Shown: positions 1 to 8,549 of the stretch, piece after piece | How positions within the stretch are numbered: position 1 is the stretch's first letter | Layout of the letters: each line of letters begins with the position of its first letter | IMG/VR virus record: IMGVR_UViG_3300021963_000060 | Coordinates: 1 to 64,000 of that record | Direction: 5' to 3' (one strand) | DNA: 64,000 nucleotides | DNA from: a virus | Translations under genes and position numbers: made by a program | Notes under the pieces: generated by a model | The model's database searches: none | What the model was told of the DNA's origin: nothing | The model's input: the letters and a program-made list of their open reading frames with translations, nothing else

Positions 1-429
1 AGCACCCAGTCCATAATAACGAGAAGCAGAAGTAAATTGTATCAAACCATAACCTCTTCCACAATTATAGTATGAGGTTCTGCTACCACCTTCACAAATA
101 TTAGGCACGAACATAGATTCTTGCTTAATATTGCCCATGATAGTAGCAAGGGCGTTTCTGTCTTTAATTCCTTGATCTTGGAAATAATCCAGAGCAAGTT
201 GTTCATGTTGTGAACACCCTTTACAAATTAGCCTTTTCTCTTTCGGCTTTATCGGTGCAACCTCGCGGATTGCTGTCGTCTCTGGTTCAAACTCTTTGAT
301 AATTTTATAAGGTTTTTCTTCCACTGGGGGAGGAGGACCTTGCAGTTTATAACTAGAGAAAGGCAGTGATGCCGTACTGGTTGTAACCATCGCTACTAGA
401 GGAACGGCTACAGTAAAGAAGTTAAGCAT
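1..429 (-). CDS. Phage lysozyme (Phage_lysozyme2-like) with N-terminal hydrophobic segment; 3' end outside window
   Basis: Hand translation from ATG at 429: MLNFFTVAVPLVAMVTTSTASLP...QGPPPPVEE...ALATIMGNIKQES...GYGLIQFT; GNxxQES and GYGLIQ motifs; not in ORF track because truncated. Confidence 0.75.
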   Translation of the reverse strand, partial: MLNFFTVAVPLVAMVTTSTASLPFSSYKLQGPPPPVEEKPYKIIKEFEPETTAIREVAPIKPKEKRLICKGCSQHEQLALDYFQDQGIKDRNALATIMGNIKQESMFVPNICEGGSRTSYYNCGRGYGLIQFTSASRYYGLGA

Positions 430-439
430 TAAAATTAAT

Positions 440-515
440 TGAACTCTACATCCGTATAGAAAGGGGGTACACCCTTTTCTCAAAGGGCACTTTCCACGGC
501 TCTAAATGTCACTCA
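440..515 (-). ncRNA. Candidate structured 5' leader RNA of the lysozyme gene
   Basis: GUGCCCUUU-GAGA-AAAGGGUGU hairpin (GNRA loop) nested in a CCGUGGAAAG/CUUUCUAUACGG helix, closed by ACAU/AUGU. Confidence 0.5.
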
Positions 516-528
516 AGGACTAATAACG

Positions 529-552
529 AAAAACCCACCATTTAGGTGGGTT
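529..552 (-). terminator. Intrinsic terminator-like hairpin
   Basis: AACCCACC-TAAAT-GGTGGGTT followed by T run on minus strand. Confidence 0.6.
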
Positions 553-557
553 CTTAC

Positions 558-586
558 ATAATAAGTTATTATTTAGATTTTGTCAA
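558..586 (-). promoter_or_regulatory. Sigma70-type promoter with embedded late-promoter motif
   Basis: TTGACA-17nt-TATTAT; TAAATA at 570-575 lies in the spacer. Confidence 0.55.
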
Positions 587-599
587 GAAATGACTTGAA

Positions 600-815
600 T
601 TAAACAATATCAATTTCTTGATCTCCCCATCCAGTTTCTTCTACACAAAGATATTCTAATTCATTCAATCCTTCTGGTAGATTAATCCATTCATCAAATT
701 CCTCTGCAATTGCAATAGCATTTAACTGATCATCAAAATTACCATCAGCAAGTGTATGAATCCTATCAATGGACCAGTCTCTTAGATATGCAACTGGTTC
801 AATCTTTGTTTCCAT
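600..815 (-). CDS. Hypothetical acidic protein (likely start METKIEP at 815, not 992)
   Basis: The upstream extension in the ORF track lies inside the GIY-YIG gene. Confidence 0.6.
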   Translation of the reverse strand: METKIEPVAYLRDWSIDRIHTLADGNFDDQLNAIAIAEEFDEWINLPEGLNELEYLCVEETGWGDQEIDIV

Positions 816-1242
816 AATAATCTTTTCGGAAGTACCTGTTGAGGATGTTGCTATTGTAGTACCTTGGGGTTCCGTCGTCAAGAGATTCGGTGAGGACATT
901 GTTGAAGAAGAGTTGTCTTGTTTCTTCGAAGTTAGTTTTGCCCTTTGTTTTATGTAATGATAAAATAGTGCGCGTAAAATTCTCCCTACCATACTTTTCT
1001 ACATCTTCCTTGAGTTCTGGACATGATCCATAGTATTTTTTCCAATCAGACTCTGCCTTAACTTTTCTAGATTTTCCTCTTGGTGTGCGGAAACTCCAGA
1101 AATACTTTCGACCAATATAGTCACGACCAGTTTGGTTGCAATGAATATGATATACAAAACCAAAATAATCTTGAATATCACTTGAACCAAATTCTTTTCC
1201 ATTGTAGGTCCAAGGATTTTCATAGTCAATATCTGTACTCAT
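799..1242 (-). CDS. GIY-YIG family endonuclease (T4 EndoII/DenA-like position after nrdB)
   Basis: GFVYHIH...DYIGRK motif, YYGS and a conserved E; likely start MSTDID. Confidence 0.8.
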   Translation of the reverse strand: MSTDIDYENPWTYNGKEFGSSDIQDYFGFVYHIHCNQTGRDYIGRKYFWSFRTPRGKSRKVKAESDWKKYYGSCPELKEDVEKYGRENFTRTILSLHKTKGKTNFEETRQLFFNNVLTESLDDGTPRYYNSNILNRYFRKDYYGNKD

Positions 1243-1387
1243 CAATAATATCAAGAACTTCGTTGAGATATTTATGAGCAAGTCCTTTCATGTCCATGTC
1301 GTGTCTGATATGTTCTTTATAAAGTCTGTCTTTTAATTTTAAGACACGAACTTTCAATTCATCTTTATCCAGTTGATTTTTAGGCAT
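1226..1387 (-). CDS. Small hypothetical protein, 53 aa (MPKNQLDKDELKVRVLKLK...IDEYRY)
   Basis: Hand-translated ORF below the track cut-off; fills the gap and overlaps the next gene start. Confidence 0.6.
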   Translation of the reverse strand: MPKNQLDKDELKVRVLKLKDRLYKEHIRHDMDMKGLAHKYLNEVLDIIDEYRY

Positions 1388-1413
1388 AAAAAAAGAGGAG
1401 TGTGACCTCCTCT
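1388..1413 (-). terminator. Intrinsic terminator after nrdB operon
   Basis: AGAGGAG-GTCACA-CTCCTCT followed by T run. Confidence 0.7.
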
Positions 1414-1423
1414 ATCTATATGC

Positions 1424-1585
1424 TTATGAAACGTCGTTTGATGTTTTACCTAACCATTCTTTACAATAGTCATAATCTCCAAACATAAACTCGTCACATT
1501 CTGCTGCTTCTCGATATGCATTCATTATTTCTTGCTCACACCATTCATCATAATTGGAATCCTGCGAAAGTATTTTTGGTAACAT
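1424..1585 (-). CDS. Small acidic hypothetical protein, 53 aa (MLPKILSQDSNYDEWCEQEIMNAYREAAECDEF...)
   Basis: Hand-translated; overlaps the 3' end of nrdB by 38 nt in another frame. Confidence 0.5.
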   Translation of the reverse strand: MLPKILSQDSNYDEWCEQEIMNAYREAAECDEFMFGDYDYCKEWLGKTSNDVS

Positions 1586-2732
1586 CTTGCTTGATTCCTC
1601 CGACTACGTATGATTCAACCTCCGTTTCCTGGGGAGCAACCTGGAGTCCTTTAGAAGAGATCCAGTGCTGGGTCCAAGGAAGTGGATTATTGTTTGCTGA
1701 AATATCGTATTGGGGCTTTAACCCAATTGCTTTTAGTCTTCTATTTGCAATCCATTCTACGTATTGTTGAAGAAGTTTGTCGTTAAGTCCAATCATGCTA
1801 CCATCTTTGAACAGATAATCTGCCCACTTCTTTTCTTCATTTACAGCACGATCAAACATCTTATACGTCCATTCTTCTTCCTCTTTCATAATTTTTTGCA
1901 TTTCAGGATCATCACCTTCCCTCCACTTATTCAGAATGTTCTGAGTAAGTGCTAGATGTTGGTTTTCGTCTCTTGCGATAAGAGAGATGATTTTAGCTGA
2001 TCCTTCCATGAGCTTAAGTTCACCGAATGCGAAACTACAAGCAAAACTAACGTAGAACCTAATACCTTCAAGAATGTTAACGTTGGCGACTGCTCTATAG
2101 AGTTTTCGTTTAACGTCATTTAGTGTTTCCTTTGCGTTTTTAACTCCTTCAAGTCTAAACATCCAATCATTGGATGTTCCATAAGTCTGTGCAGATTGAA
2201 TGAAGTCATCATAAGACTCTGTAACGCTCTTAGCACGTTCTAGAATACGATCATCTCCAATAATAGTATCAAACACCTCAGAAGGGTCTGAATAGATATT
2301 CTTAATGATATAAGTGTATGAACGACTATGGATCATCTCCATAAATCCCCATACTTCCATACATGCCTCAAGTTCTGGTAGAGAACAATAAGGAATGAAA
2401 GCCATACCAGGACCACGACCCTGAACAGAATCAAGCATGATCTGATACTTCAAATTGGAAGTATAGATATGCTTTTGTTCTGGGCGAAGAGTCTGATAGT
2501 CTCCACGATCCTTCTGGAGAGAAACCTCTTCAGGTCTCCAGAAGTATCCAAGTTGTTGAGACGTTAGTTTATCGAAAATTGGATATTTGTAAGAATCATA
2601 TCTCTGAATTCCCAAAGGTTTTCCAAAGAACATTGGTTGTTTTTTAGTATTCACTTGTTCCGTATTAAATACGGTCATTCCAGAAAGTTTAGTCATGTTC
2701 TGCTCTTCGGTTTTCAGAAAATTGTACTCCAT
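1548..2732 (-). CDS. nrdB: Ribonucleotide reductase class Ia beta subunit
   Basis: FWRPEEV, EMIHSRSY, LEGIRFYVSF, RDENQH diiron ligands, APQETE C-terminus. Confidence 0.98.
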   Translation of the reverse strand: MEYNFLKTEEQNMTKLSGMTVFNTEQVNTKKQPMFFGKPLGIQRYDSYKYPIFDKLTSQQLGYFWRPEEVSLQKDRGDYQTLRPEQKHIYTSNLKYQIMLDSVQGRGPGMAFIPYCSLPELEACMEVWGFMEMIHSRSYTYIIKNIYSDPSEVFDTIIGDDRILERAKSVTESYDDFIQSAQTYGTSNDWMFRLEGVKNAKETLNDVKRKLYRAVANVNILEGIRFYVSFACSFAFGELKLMEGSAKIISLIARDENQHLALTQNILNKWREGDDPEMQKIMKEEEEWTYKMFDRAVNEEKKWADYLFKDGSMIGLNDKLLQQYVEWIANRRLKAIGLKPQYDISANNNPLPWTQHWISSKGLQVAPQETEVESYVVGGIKQDVTKNTFAGFQL

Positions 2733-2801
2733 TCGGTTACCTCTATTTTAACTCCCAATCAACTGCACATTATTATTTAAATTTTTGAATTGTCATGAAT
2801 T

Positions 2802-5099
2802 TTAGATTTTACAAGATTCACAATCCTCTTCTTCTGAGTTCATAATATCATTTATCAAACTTTCCAAGTTGGGTTTTTCTTCTTTCACTTCATCAGTCTT
2901 AATATCATAAGTATTTTGATAATAACTGGTTTTCCAACCAAACTTATAAGTTGTTAGAAGATCTTGAGCCATTACGGAAGTTGGAACTTCATTATCTTTA
3001 TAATTCTCTGGATTATAAGACCAATTCCCACTAATTGCCTGATCAAAGAATTTTTGCATCACAGCAACAACATTAATATAACCACGATTAGACTCCATAT
3101 CCCAAAGAAGAGTATAGTGATTCTTGAGCGAATGATACTGTGGAACAATCTGCTTAAGGGGTCCTTTTTTACTTTTCTTAATGGACAAGTAATCTCTAGG
3201 AGGTTCGATTCCATTTGTTGCATTTGACACAACGGAACTGCTCTCCGAAGGCATCTGTGCGGACAGTGTTGAATGTCGTAGACCATGTGCCTGAATCTCG
3301 GCACGTAGAGTTTCCCAATCATGTTGAAGTTTAACTGAAGTAATTTCGTCTACATCTTGCTTATAAGTATCAATTGGAAGGATACCATCAGCATACTTAG
3401 TACGACCAAAGTATTCACAATATCCCTTTTCTTTTGCAAGTTGATTGGATGCTTTCAGTAGATAATATTGAAAAGATTCGGAAAGACCGTGAACTGCATC
3501 CCATGCTTCCTGTGAGTCATACTTAAATCCAAGTTTCGCCAAATAATGAGCTAAACCGATAAAACCTACTCCAAGAGATCTACGCGCCTTGGTGGCGATT
3601 TCCGCCGCCTCTACGGGGTATTTTTGATAGTCAATCAACTCGTCAAGACTACGAACGGAAAGTTCACAAAGTTCTTCAAGTTCTTCATCGGACTTAACTT
3701 TACCAACATTGATAGCAGAAAGAATGCAAAGAGCAATCTCACCCATCTTATCATCAATATGTTGGATTGGATCAGTAGGTAAGGTAATCTCTTGACAGAG
3801 ATTGCTCATATTAACTTTATCTTTAAATGATGAATGGGAATTACAATGGTCAATATTCATAATGTAGATACGACCCGTTTCCGCACGTTCCTTGAGAAGG
3901 TTAAGAATGAGTTCTTGCGCTTTAATAGTTTTTTTCGGAATGGACGAATCTTTTTCATATGCACAGTAGAGCTCATCAAAACCAGGGAGTCCAAAGCGAT
4001 CATAAAGCCCAGGTACATCATGGGGGGAGAAAAGCGTGATCTCACCATCCTGAATGAATCTCTCATAGAAGAGTTTGCTGATTTGAATACTGTAATCAAG
4101 TTTACGAACACGATTATCCTCCGTACCCTTATTGTTTTTGAGAACAAGAATATCTTCTATTTCTTGGTGCCAGATTGGGAAGTGGACCGTCGCGCTTCCT
4201 CCTCGTATACCATTTTGCGTGCAGCAACGGACAGTTGCTTCAAACTTTTTGAGAAACGGTACAACGCCAGTGTGCTGGACTTCGCCACCTCTAATTTTAC
4301 TGTTGATACCACGGATTCTACCTGCGTTGATACCGATTCCCGCCCTTTGTGCAACGTATCGACCAATAGCCATATCAGAGCTAAAGATAGAATCGAGGGT
4401 GTCATCAACATCAACAAGAACACAACTAGCAAATTGTCTAAGTGGCGTTCGCACTCCCGCCATGATGGGAGTGGGGATGTTGATTTTGTGCTTTGAGATT
4501 GCGTCATAATACCTCTTTACATAAGAGAGTCTTGTTTCTTTTGGATACTCAGCAAAGATAGTCAGAGCAATCATCATGTACATAAACTGTGGAGTTTCGT
4601 ATACTCCACCACTACTTCTATCTTGCACGAGGTACTTATCAACGACTTGACGTAAACCTGCATAAGTGAACAGGAAGTCACGATCATGATCAATATAGGA
4701 ATTAATCTTTTCAATTTCTTCCTTAGAATATTTACTAAAAATATCTGAGTCATATACTTCTTGAGCAACGCAGTTGTAAATATGCTCCTCTAAAGAAGGA
4801 AGTTCTTTCATCTTTCCATACAGTTGCTTACGCACAGCAAATAGTAAAAGGCGAGCGGCAACATATTGATAATTTGGATGATCAAGATCGATTAGATCAC
4901 TTGCACTACGAATTAGAATTTCTTGAATTTCTCCAGTGGTAATTCCATCATAAAATTGAATACCAGAAGTCATCTCAACTTGACTCGCAGAGACGCCTGC
5001 AAGACCCCTACACGCCTCTTCAACCATCAAATGCATCTTATCAAGGTCAAGAGACTCAATTCGACCATCACGCTTTTTAACCTTTGTACCGTTACTCAT
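2802..5099 (-). CDS. nrdA: Ribonucleotide reductase class Ia alpha subunit
   Basis: N-terminal ATP cone (VKKRDG), PTPIMAG, SCVL, SNLCQEI, C-terminal CESC. Confidence 0.98.
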   Translation of the reverse strand: MSNGTKVKKRDGRIESLDLDKMHLMVEEACRGLAGVSASQVEMTSGIQFYDGITTGEIQEILIRSASDLIDLDHPNYQYVAARLLLFAVRKQLYGKMKELPSLEEHIYNCVAQEVYDSDIFSKYSKEEIEKINSYIDHDRDFLFTYAGLRQVVDKYLVQDRSSGGVYETPQFMYMMIALTIFAEYPKETRLSYVKRYYDAISKHKINIPTPIMAGVRTPLRQFASCVLVDVDDTLDSIFSSDMAIGRYVAQRAGIGINAGRIRGINSKIRGGEVQHTGVVPFLKKFEATVRCCTQNGIRGGSATVHFPIWHQEIEDILVLKNNKGTEDNRVRKLDYSIQISKLFYERFIQDGEITLFSPHDVPGLYDRFGLPGFDELYCAYEKDSSIPKKTIKAQELILNLLKERAETGRIYIMNIDHCNSHSSFKDKVNMSNLCQEITLPTDPIQHIDDKMGEIALCILSAINVGKVKSDEELEELCELSVRSLDELIDYQKYPVEAAEIATKARRSLGVGFIGLAHYLAKLGFKYDSQEAWDAVHGLSESFQYYLLKASNQLAKEKGYCEYFGRTKYADGILPIDTYKQDVDEITSVKLQHDWETLRAEIQAHGLRHSTLSAQMPSESSSVVSNATNGIEPPRDYLSIKKSKKGPLKQIVPQYHSLKNHYTLLWDMESNRGYINVVAVMQKFFDQAISGNWSYNPENYKDNEVPTSVMAQDLLTTYKFGWKTSYYQNTYDIKTDEVKEEKPNLESLINDIMNSEEEDCESCKI

Positions 5100-6070
5100 A
5101 TTTTCTTCCAGGTAGTAAATTTAAGTTTTGCTTCTAATCCAGAGTAAGTATTTGATTCTATCACAGACTTAACGTTAAGTCCAGATAAAATCATATCATT
5201 AATATCCTTTTCCATCACATTGGATGGCCAGATAACGACTCTTTCTCCCCTATCGATTGTTCGGGAGATTCTTGATACAATTTCTGAATTTCGTGGTTCG
5301 TTATCGTATATCCAAACAGGATCGCTAATACCCCACTTACTAAGATCACCGTCAGCTCCGCAAAGAGCAATCGCGTTTGGAATGAAAGTGGAATCGAACG
5401 GACCTTCGGTGACGTAGATAGTTTTATCTTTTTGTATTTCATCGAGACCATAAATTTTTGGGGATTCATCATCGAGCATTACTGTAATGTACTTAATTTT
5501 TGATGGACCAATTGCTCTACCCTGGAATCCAACTAGGGTATCTTGATAAACAAGAGGAATAATAATCCTCGGTTCATCTTTAGTTACTGAGTCAAATGTT
5601 TGCTTTAGAGAATTGGTCCAACTCTTAAAATTTTCCGTATAATAAAATTTATAAGGGTTTAATTTTCTCCGAGTGAGATATTCATTAGCATTAGAATTTT
5701 CAGATGCTTTAGGTAAGTTTATGTTTTGTTTTGGTTTGAATTTTGGTTTTTCAAATTTGAATTCTGGTTCATCAATAACAAAATTCTTACCAGTATGTCC
5801 GTCTTTGAATTTTTCAAATGTAAATTGCTTATGCAAGTTTACATCAATTTGCTTCAAAAAATTATTAAATGATATATTAATTCCGCAATTATGACATTTA
5901 TAATTTACGTTATTTTTAACTTCATACAAATACCCTCTTGCCTTATTTCTATTTTTCTGAGAGTCTCCGCAAATAGGGCATCGAAAATTATAAAGATTAC
6001 TTTTAACTTTCTTAAACTTTTGAAATCTTGCCGAAATCAAATTAATGTATTTTACGTCAATAAAGTCCAT
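5096..6070 (-). CDS. gp61: DNA primase
   Basis: FRCPICGDS...CHNCG zinc ribbon; TEGPFDS and YDNE TOPRIM; KDINDM. Confidence 0.95.
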   Translation of the reverse strand: MDFIDVKYINLISARFQKFKKVKSNLYNFRCPICGDSQKNRNKARGYLYEVKNNVNYKCHNCGINISFNNFLKQIDVNLHKQFTFEKFKDGHTGKNFVIDEPEFKFEKPKFKPKQNINLPKASENSNANEYLTRRKLNPYKFYYTENFKSWTNSLKQTFDSVTKDEPRIIIPLVYQDTLVGFQGRAIGPSKIKYITVMLDDESPKIYGLDEIQKDKTIYVTEGPFDSTFIPNAIALCGADGDLSKWGISDPVWIYDNEPRNSEIVSRISRTIDRGERVVIWPSNVMEKDINDMILSGLNVKSVIESNTYSGLEAKLKFTTWKKI

Positions 6071-6091
6071 AATCTGATATAGTGTCTTGCT

Positions 6092-6119
6092 ATTCTATCA
6101 GGTTATTTCACTTTGTCAA
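6092..6119 (-). promoter_or_regulatory. Sigma70-type promoter upstream of primase
   Basis: TTGACA-16nt-TAGAAT with TGn extension. Confidence 0.6.
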
Positions 6120-6222
6120 GGCATAAGGAGGTCATTATGGCCGTCCACTTTACGACTGAGTTAGTAATCTTATGTAACGAATATAAATTCGTTTTTTTAT
6201 TCTTTTTAATTTTCATTGGCAT
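6103..6222 (-). CDS. Small basic hypothetical protein, 39 aa (MPMKIKKNKKTNLYSLHK...)
   Basis: Hand-translated ORF filling the intergenic gap. Confidence 0.4.
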   Translation of the reverse strand: MPMKIKKNKKTNLYSLHKITNSVVKWTAIMTSLCLDKVK

Positions 6223-6240
6223 CTCATGCCAACACTTGAA

Positions 6241-6660
6241 TTATTTAGATTGTAGTTTTTCTATTTGAGACTGTTGATTGTCTGGAGTAAGTATATCAAT
6301 AACAAAACTTGATTGAGAAATCATAAAGGTCATAACCGTTGCTATTCCAATTAAAATCCAGCGAAACTTAGATACTTCTTCTAATTTTGTCTCAACCTTT
6401 TCTATTCTTTTAGAAAAATTATCATACTGTTCTTTATTTTCTTCTTTTAATTCATTATTTGCACTGGAAATAATATCATTATTTCTATTGCATTGATCAA
6501 TTCTTTCCTCATGAACTGCAAGCATCTTACTAATGCTCTGACTTGTTTTTCCCATAATCTGTATTGCTTCATCAATCTTATTCATCATAAGTTCATATGA
6601 TGATAATCTTTCCTCAAGAACTGCGATCTTTGTATCCGTAGACAGATTTTGATTAAACAT
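6241..6660 (-). CDS. Coiled-coil protein with C-terminal transmembrane helix
   Basis: Heptad-rich N-terminus, then KFRWILIGIATVMTFMI. Confidence 0.75.
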   Translation of the reverse strand: MFNQNLSTDTKIAVLEERLSSYELMMNKIDEAIQIMGKTSQSISKMLAVHEERIDQCNRNNDIISSANNELKEENKEQYDNFSKRIEKVETKLEEVSKFRWILIGIATVMTFMISQSSFVIDILTPDNQQSQIEKLQSK

Positions 6661-6718
6661 CTTTCTATTGAGTCATTTATTTTATACTACTAAACAAATA
6701 ACTCAAGTAGTTTTAACA

Positions 6719-6913
6719 TTATTTATTTTTTGTCATCTTTATGAGATTCCTATAAAAGATTGGAAATTTCTTATATTTCTTCTTTCTAAAATCTACTGGA
6801 GGTTCATCTCCTGCCTGTGGAGTTCCTGCTATTTGGCCACCAGAGAGACCCATAGTAGGGCCATCTTCCATAAGACTTCTTACTCTCTGAATTATTTTAT
6901 CAATCTTTTCCAT
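6719..6913 (-). CDS. Small hypothetical protein (likely start MEKIDK)
   Basis: Overlaps end of upstream gene; LMEDGPT...AG...PPV...KKK pattern. Confidence 0.6.
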   Translation of the reverse strand: MEKIDKIIQRVRSLMEDGPTMGLSGGQIAGTPQAGDEPPVDFRKKKYKKFPIFYRNLIKMTKNK

Positions 6914-7292
6914 TTTTGTTATATATTTTTTGTAGTTCGGATAAACAAAATATATCAACAGGAATATCGTGTAAATAGCACTTTGGATACTGAGGGAGTT
7001 TATTCAAAAACATTATAAAAGTTTTAATAGGAGACCAAAGTTCTTTTTCTATTTTAAAAAATAACATTGGCGTCGCAGCATCACCAAATATATTATAGAG
7101 AACTATGAAATGATTTATTAACAGGTGAGTTTTAAGCTCACCTGTATTTTTATATCTTTTCAGTAATCTTTTAATATATTTGAATCTATTTAAATCGTTA
7201 TCAAAATCGTCCTTAGTGACTGCCTGAGGATTCTCATAGTTCTTAATAGCAAATAAGAGGAAATTGTCCTCATTCAGTTCATTAAAAAACAT
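6900..7292 (-). CDS. Conserved T4-like phage hypothetical protein
   Basis: MFFNELNEDNFLLFAIKNYENP...FKYIKRL...NHFIVLYN, recognised as a common T4-like gene. Confidence 0.8.
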   Translation of the reverse strand: MFFNELNEDNFLLFAIKNYENPQAVTKDDFDNDLNRFKYIKRLLKRYKNTGELKTHLLINHFIVLYNIFGDAATPMLFFKIEKELWSPIKTFIMFLNKLPQYPKCYLHDIPVDIFCLSELQKIYNKNGKD

Positions 7293-7304
7293 ATATTCAA
7301 TTTA

Positions 7305-8120
7305 TCAAGAAACGGTCATTACAGCAGCGTCTGAAGTTGCGGTTGCACCACCATCAGCAGTAATAACAACTCTATAGTAGTATCCATTTAGAGATGCATT
7401 GGTATTGGTTACACCAAGACCAGCAGTTGTTGTTCCAGAATAAGTTCCATTATTAGTCAGTGATGTATAGGCAATTCCAGTACTAGAATACTGCCATTGA
7501 TAAGAAAGTGCTGCTGAAGGTGTAGCAGATGCTACTACAGTAAATGTTGCGGTTGCAGTTGTTCCTACACCAACACTCTGAGGTTGAGTTGTAATGGTGA
7601 TAGATCTATCTGGTAGGATAGTATCATCATCAGCATCTCCACCAGAAGTATAAGAAGCAGTTCCAGTAGTGATACCAGACATTGCAACTAGAGTTTCTGT
7701 CTTAACTCTTAGATTACCGTCTGCGTCGTTATATGTCTTGATTCCTACCCAACCAGAATGTGTTACTGCATACTGAGTAGTAACATTAGATTGTGCTTCT
7801 ACTTCAGATACACCATAAATTTGTGATGCAGAGTAGTTGCTATCGCCTAGAGTATATTTTGGTCTTTGAGAGATAGTATATGCTACACCAGAAATAACAG
7901 CACCACTGAGATAATCTGTAGATGCAATTGTTACTGTAGAATCAGAAACGATAGTTTCAATTACGGCCTGACCAAAGGTATTTCCTGCTCCAATACTAAT
8001 TACATCGCCAACACTTGCTGCAGTGAAGGAAGTTGCGGTTCCAGTGATAGTTTTGGTTGAATAATCAAGACCAATAACCCCAATAGAATAAACACTATCT
8101 TTTGTTCCCCAGAGTGCCAT
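7305..8120 (-). CDS. Virion surface protein with C-terminal Ig-like domain (Hoc-like decoration)
   Basis: MALWG start, HSGWV/ETLVAM motif, ITTQPQS...YQWQ...YYYRVV Ig fold; late promoter at 8158-8164. Confidence 0.75.
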   Translation of the reverse strand: MALWGTKDSVYSIGVIGLDYSTKTITGTATSFTAASVGDVISIGAGNTFGQAVIETIVSDSTVTIASTDYLSGAVISGVAYTISQRPKYTLGDSNYSASQIYGVSEVEAQSNVTTQYAVTHSGWVGIKTYNDADGNLRVKTETLVAMSGITTGTASYTSGGDADDDTILPDRSITITTQPQSVGVGTTATATFTVVASATPSAALSYQWQYSSTGIAYTSLTNNGTYSGTTTAGLGVTNTNASLNGYYYRVVITADGGATATSDAAVMTVS

Positions 8121-8157
8121 TGTGATTACCTTTCTATAAAAATTTATTTTCTAAGAA

Positions 8158-8164
8158 TATTTAT
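8158..8164 (-). promoter_or_regulatory. T4-type late promoter
   Basis: ATAAATA directly after the terminator U-tract. Confidence 0.7.
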
Positions 8165-8196
8165 AAAAAAAGGAGACCTTACTTTTTGTCTCCTTT
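8165..8196 (-). terminator. Intrinsic terminator
   Basis: AAAGGAGAC/GTCTCCTTT stem then T run. Confidence 0.65.
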
Positions 8197-8343
8197 ACGT
8201 AAAACTACTTTTAAAAAGTGAGTCGTTAGGTCGAGTATTCCATTTTCTTCAAATCTTTTTGTTTTTGCTAACCACTCAGAGGCGGTTAACAAAAGACCTA
8301 AAACAATGGTTACTCCCCAGTTAGTTAAAAAACAAGTTATCAT
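8179..8343 (-). CDS. Small membrane protein, 54 aa, holin-like (MITCFLTNWGVTIVLGLLLTASEWLAKTKRFEENGILDL...KGDKK)
   Basis: Hand-translated; TM helix, amphipathic segment, basic tail; ATGA coupling to upstream ORF. Confidence 0.6.
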   Translation of the reverse strand: MITCFLTNWGVTIVLGLLLTASEWLAKTKRFEENGILDLTTHFLKVVLRKGDKK

Positions 8344-8513
8344 GCTTCAGGTGTAAAGAGTTTATCCTTTACAAGTTCATAAACAACATTATCAATACTA
8401 TTATCTGTACTATCGACATACTTTTTGAGTAGGTCAAGAACAAGATTCTTAACTGCTGGATGTGTCGCAATTGAAATTAGAAGTGGTTTTACCACTGCAA
8501 CTACTGCGTTCAT
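8340..8513 (-). CDS. Small hypothetical protein, 57 aa (MNAVVAVVKPLLISIATHPAVKNLVLDLL...TDNSIDN...)
   Basis: Hand-translated; GGAGG RBS; TAAATA at 8542-8547. Confidence 0.7.
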   Translation of the reverse strand: MNAVVAVVKPLLISIATHPAVKNLVLDLLKKYVDSTDNSIDNVVYELVKDKLFTPEA

Positions 8514-8549
8514 GATGTCCTCCGTAAAGAGTATCCAAAAGTATTTAGA

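Noticed and set aside
799-1242. GIY-YIG gene as a mobile homing endonuclease
   Set aside because: Single short catalytic domain with no DNA-binding extension, in the EndoII-like position after nrdB
3834-4509. Long plus-strand ORFs (220 aa, 125 aa) inside nrdA
   Set aside because: Antisense shadows of a conserved gene; no motifs, RBS or promoter
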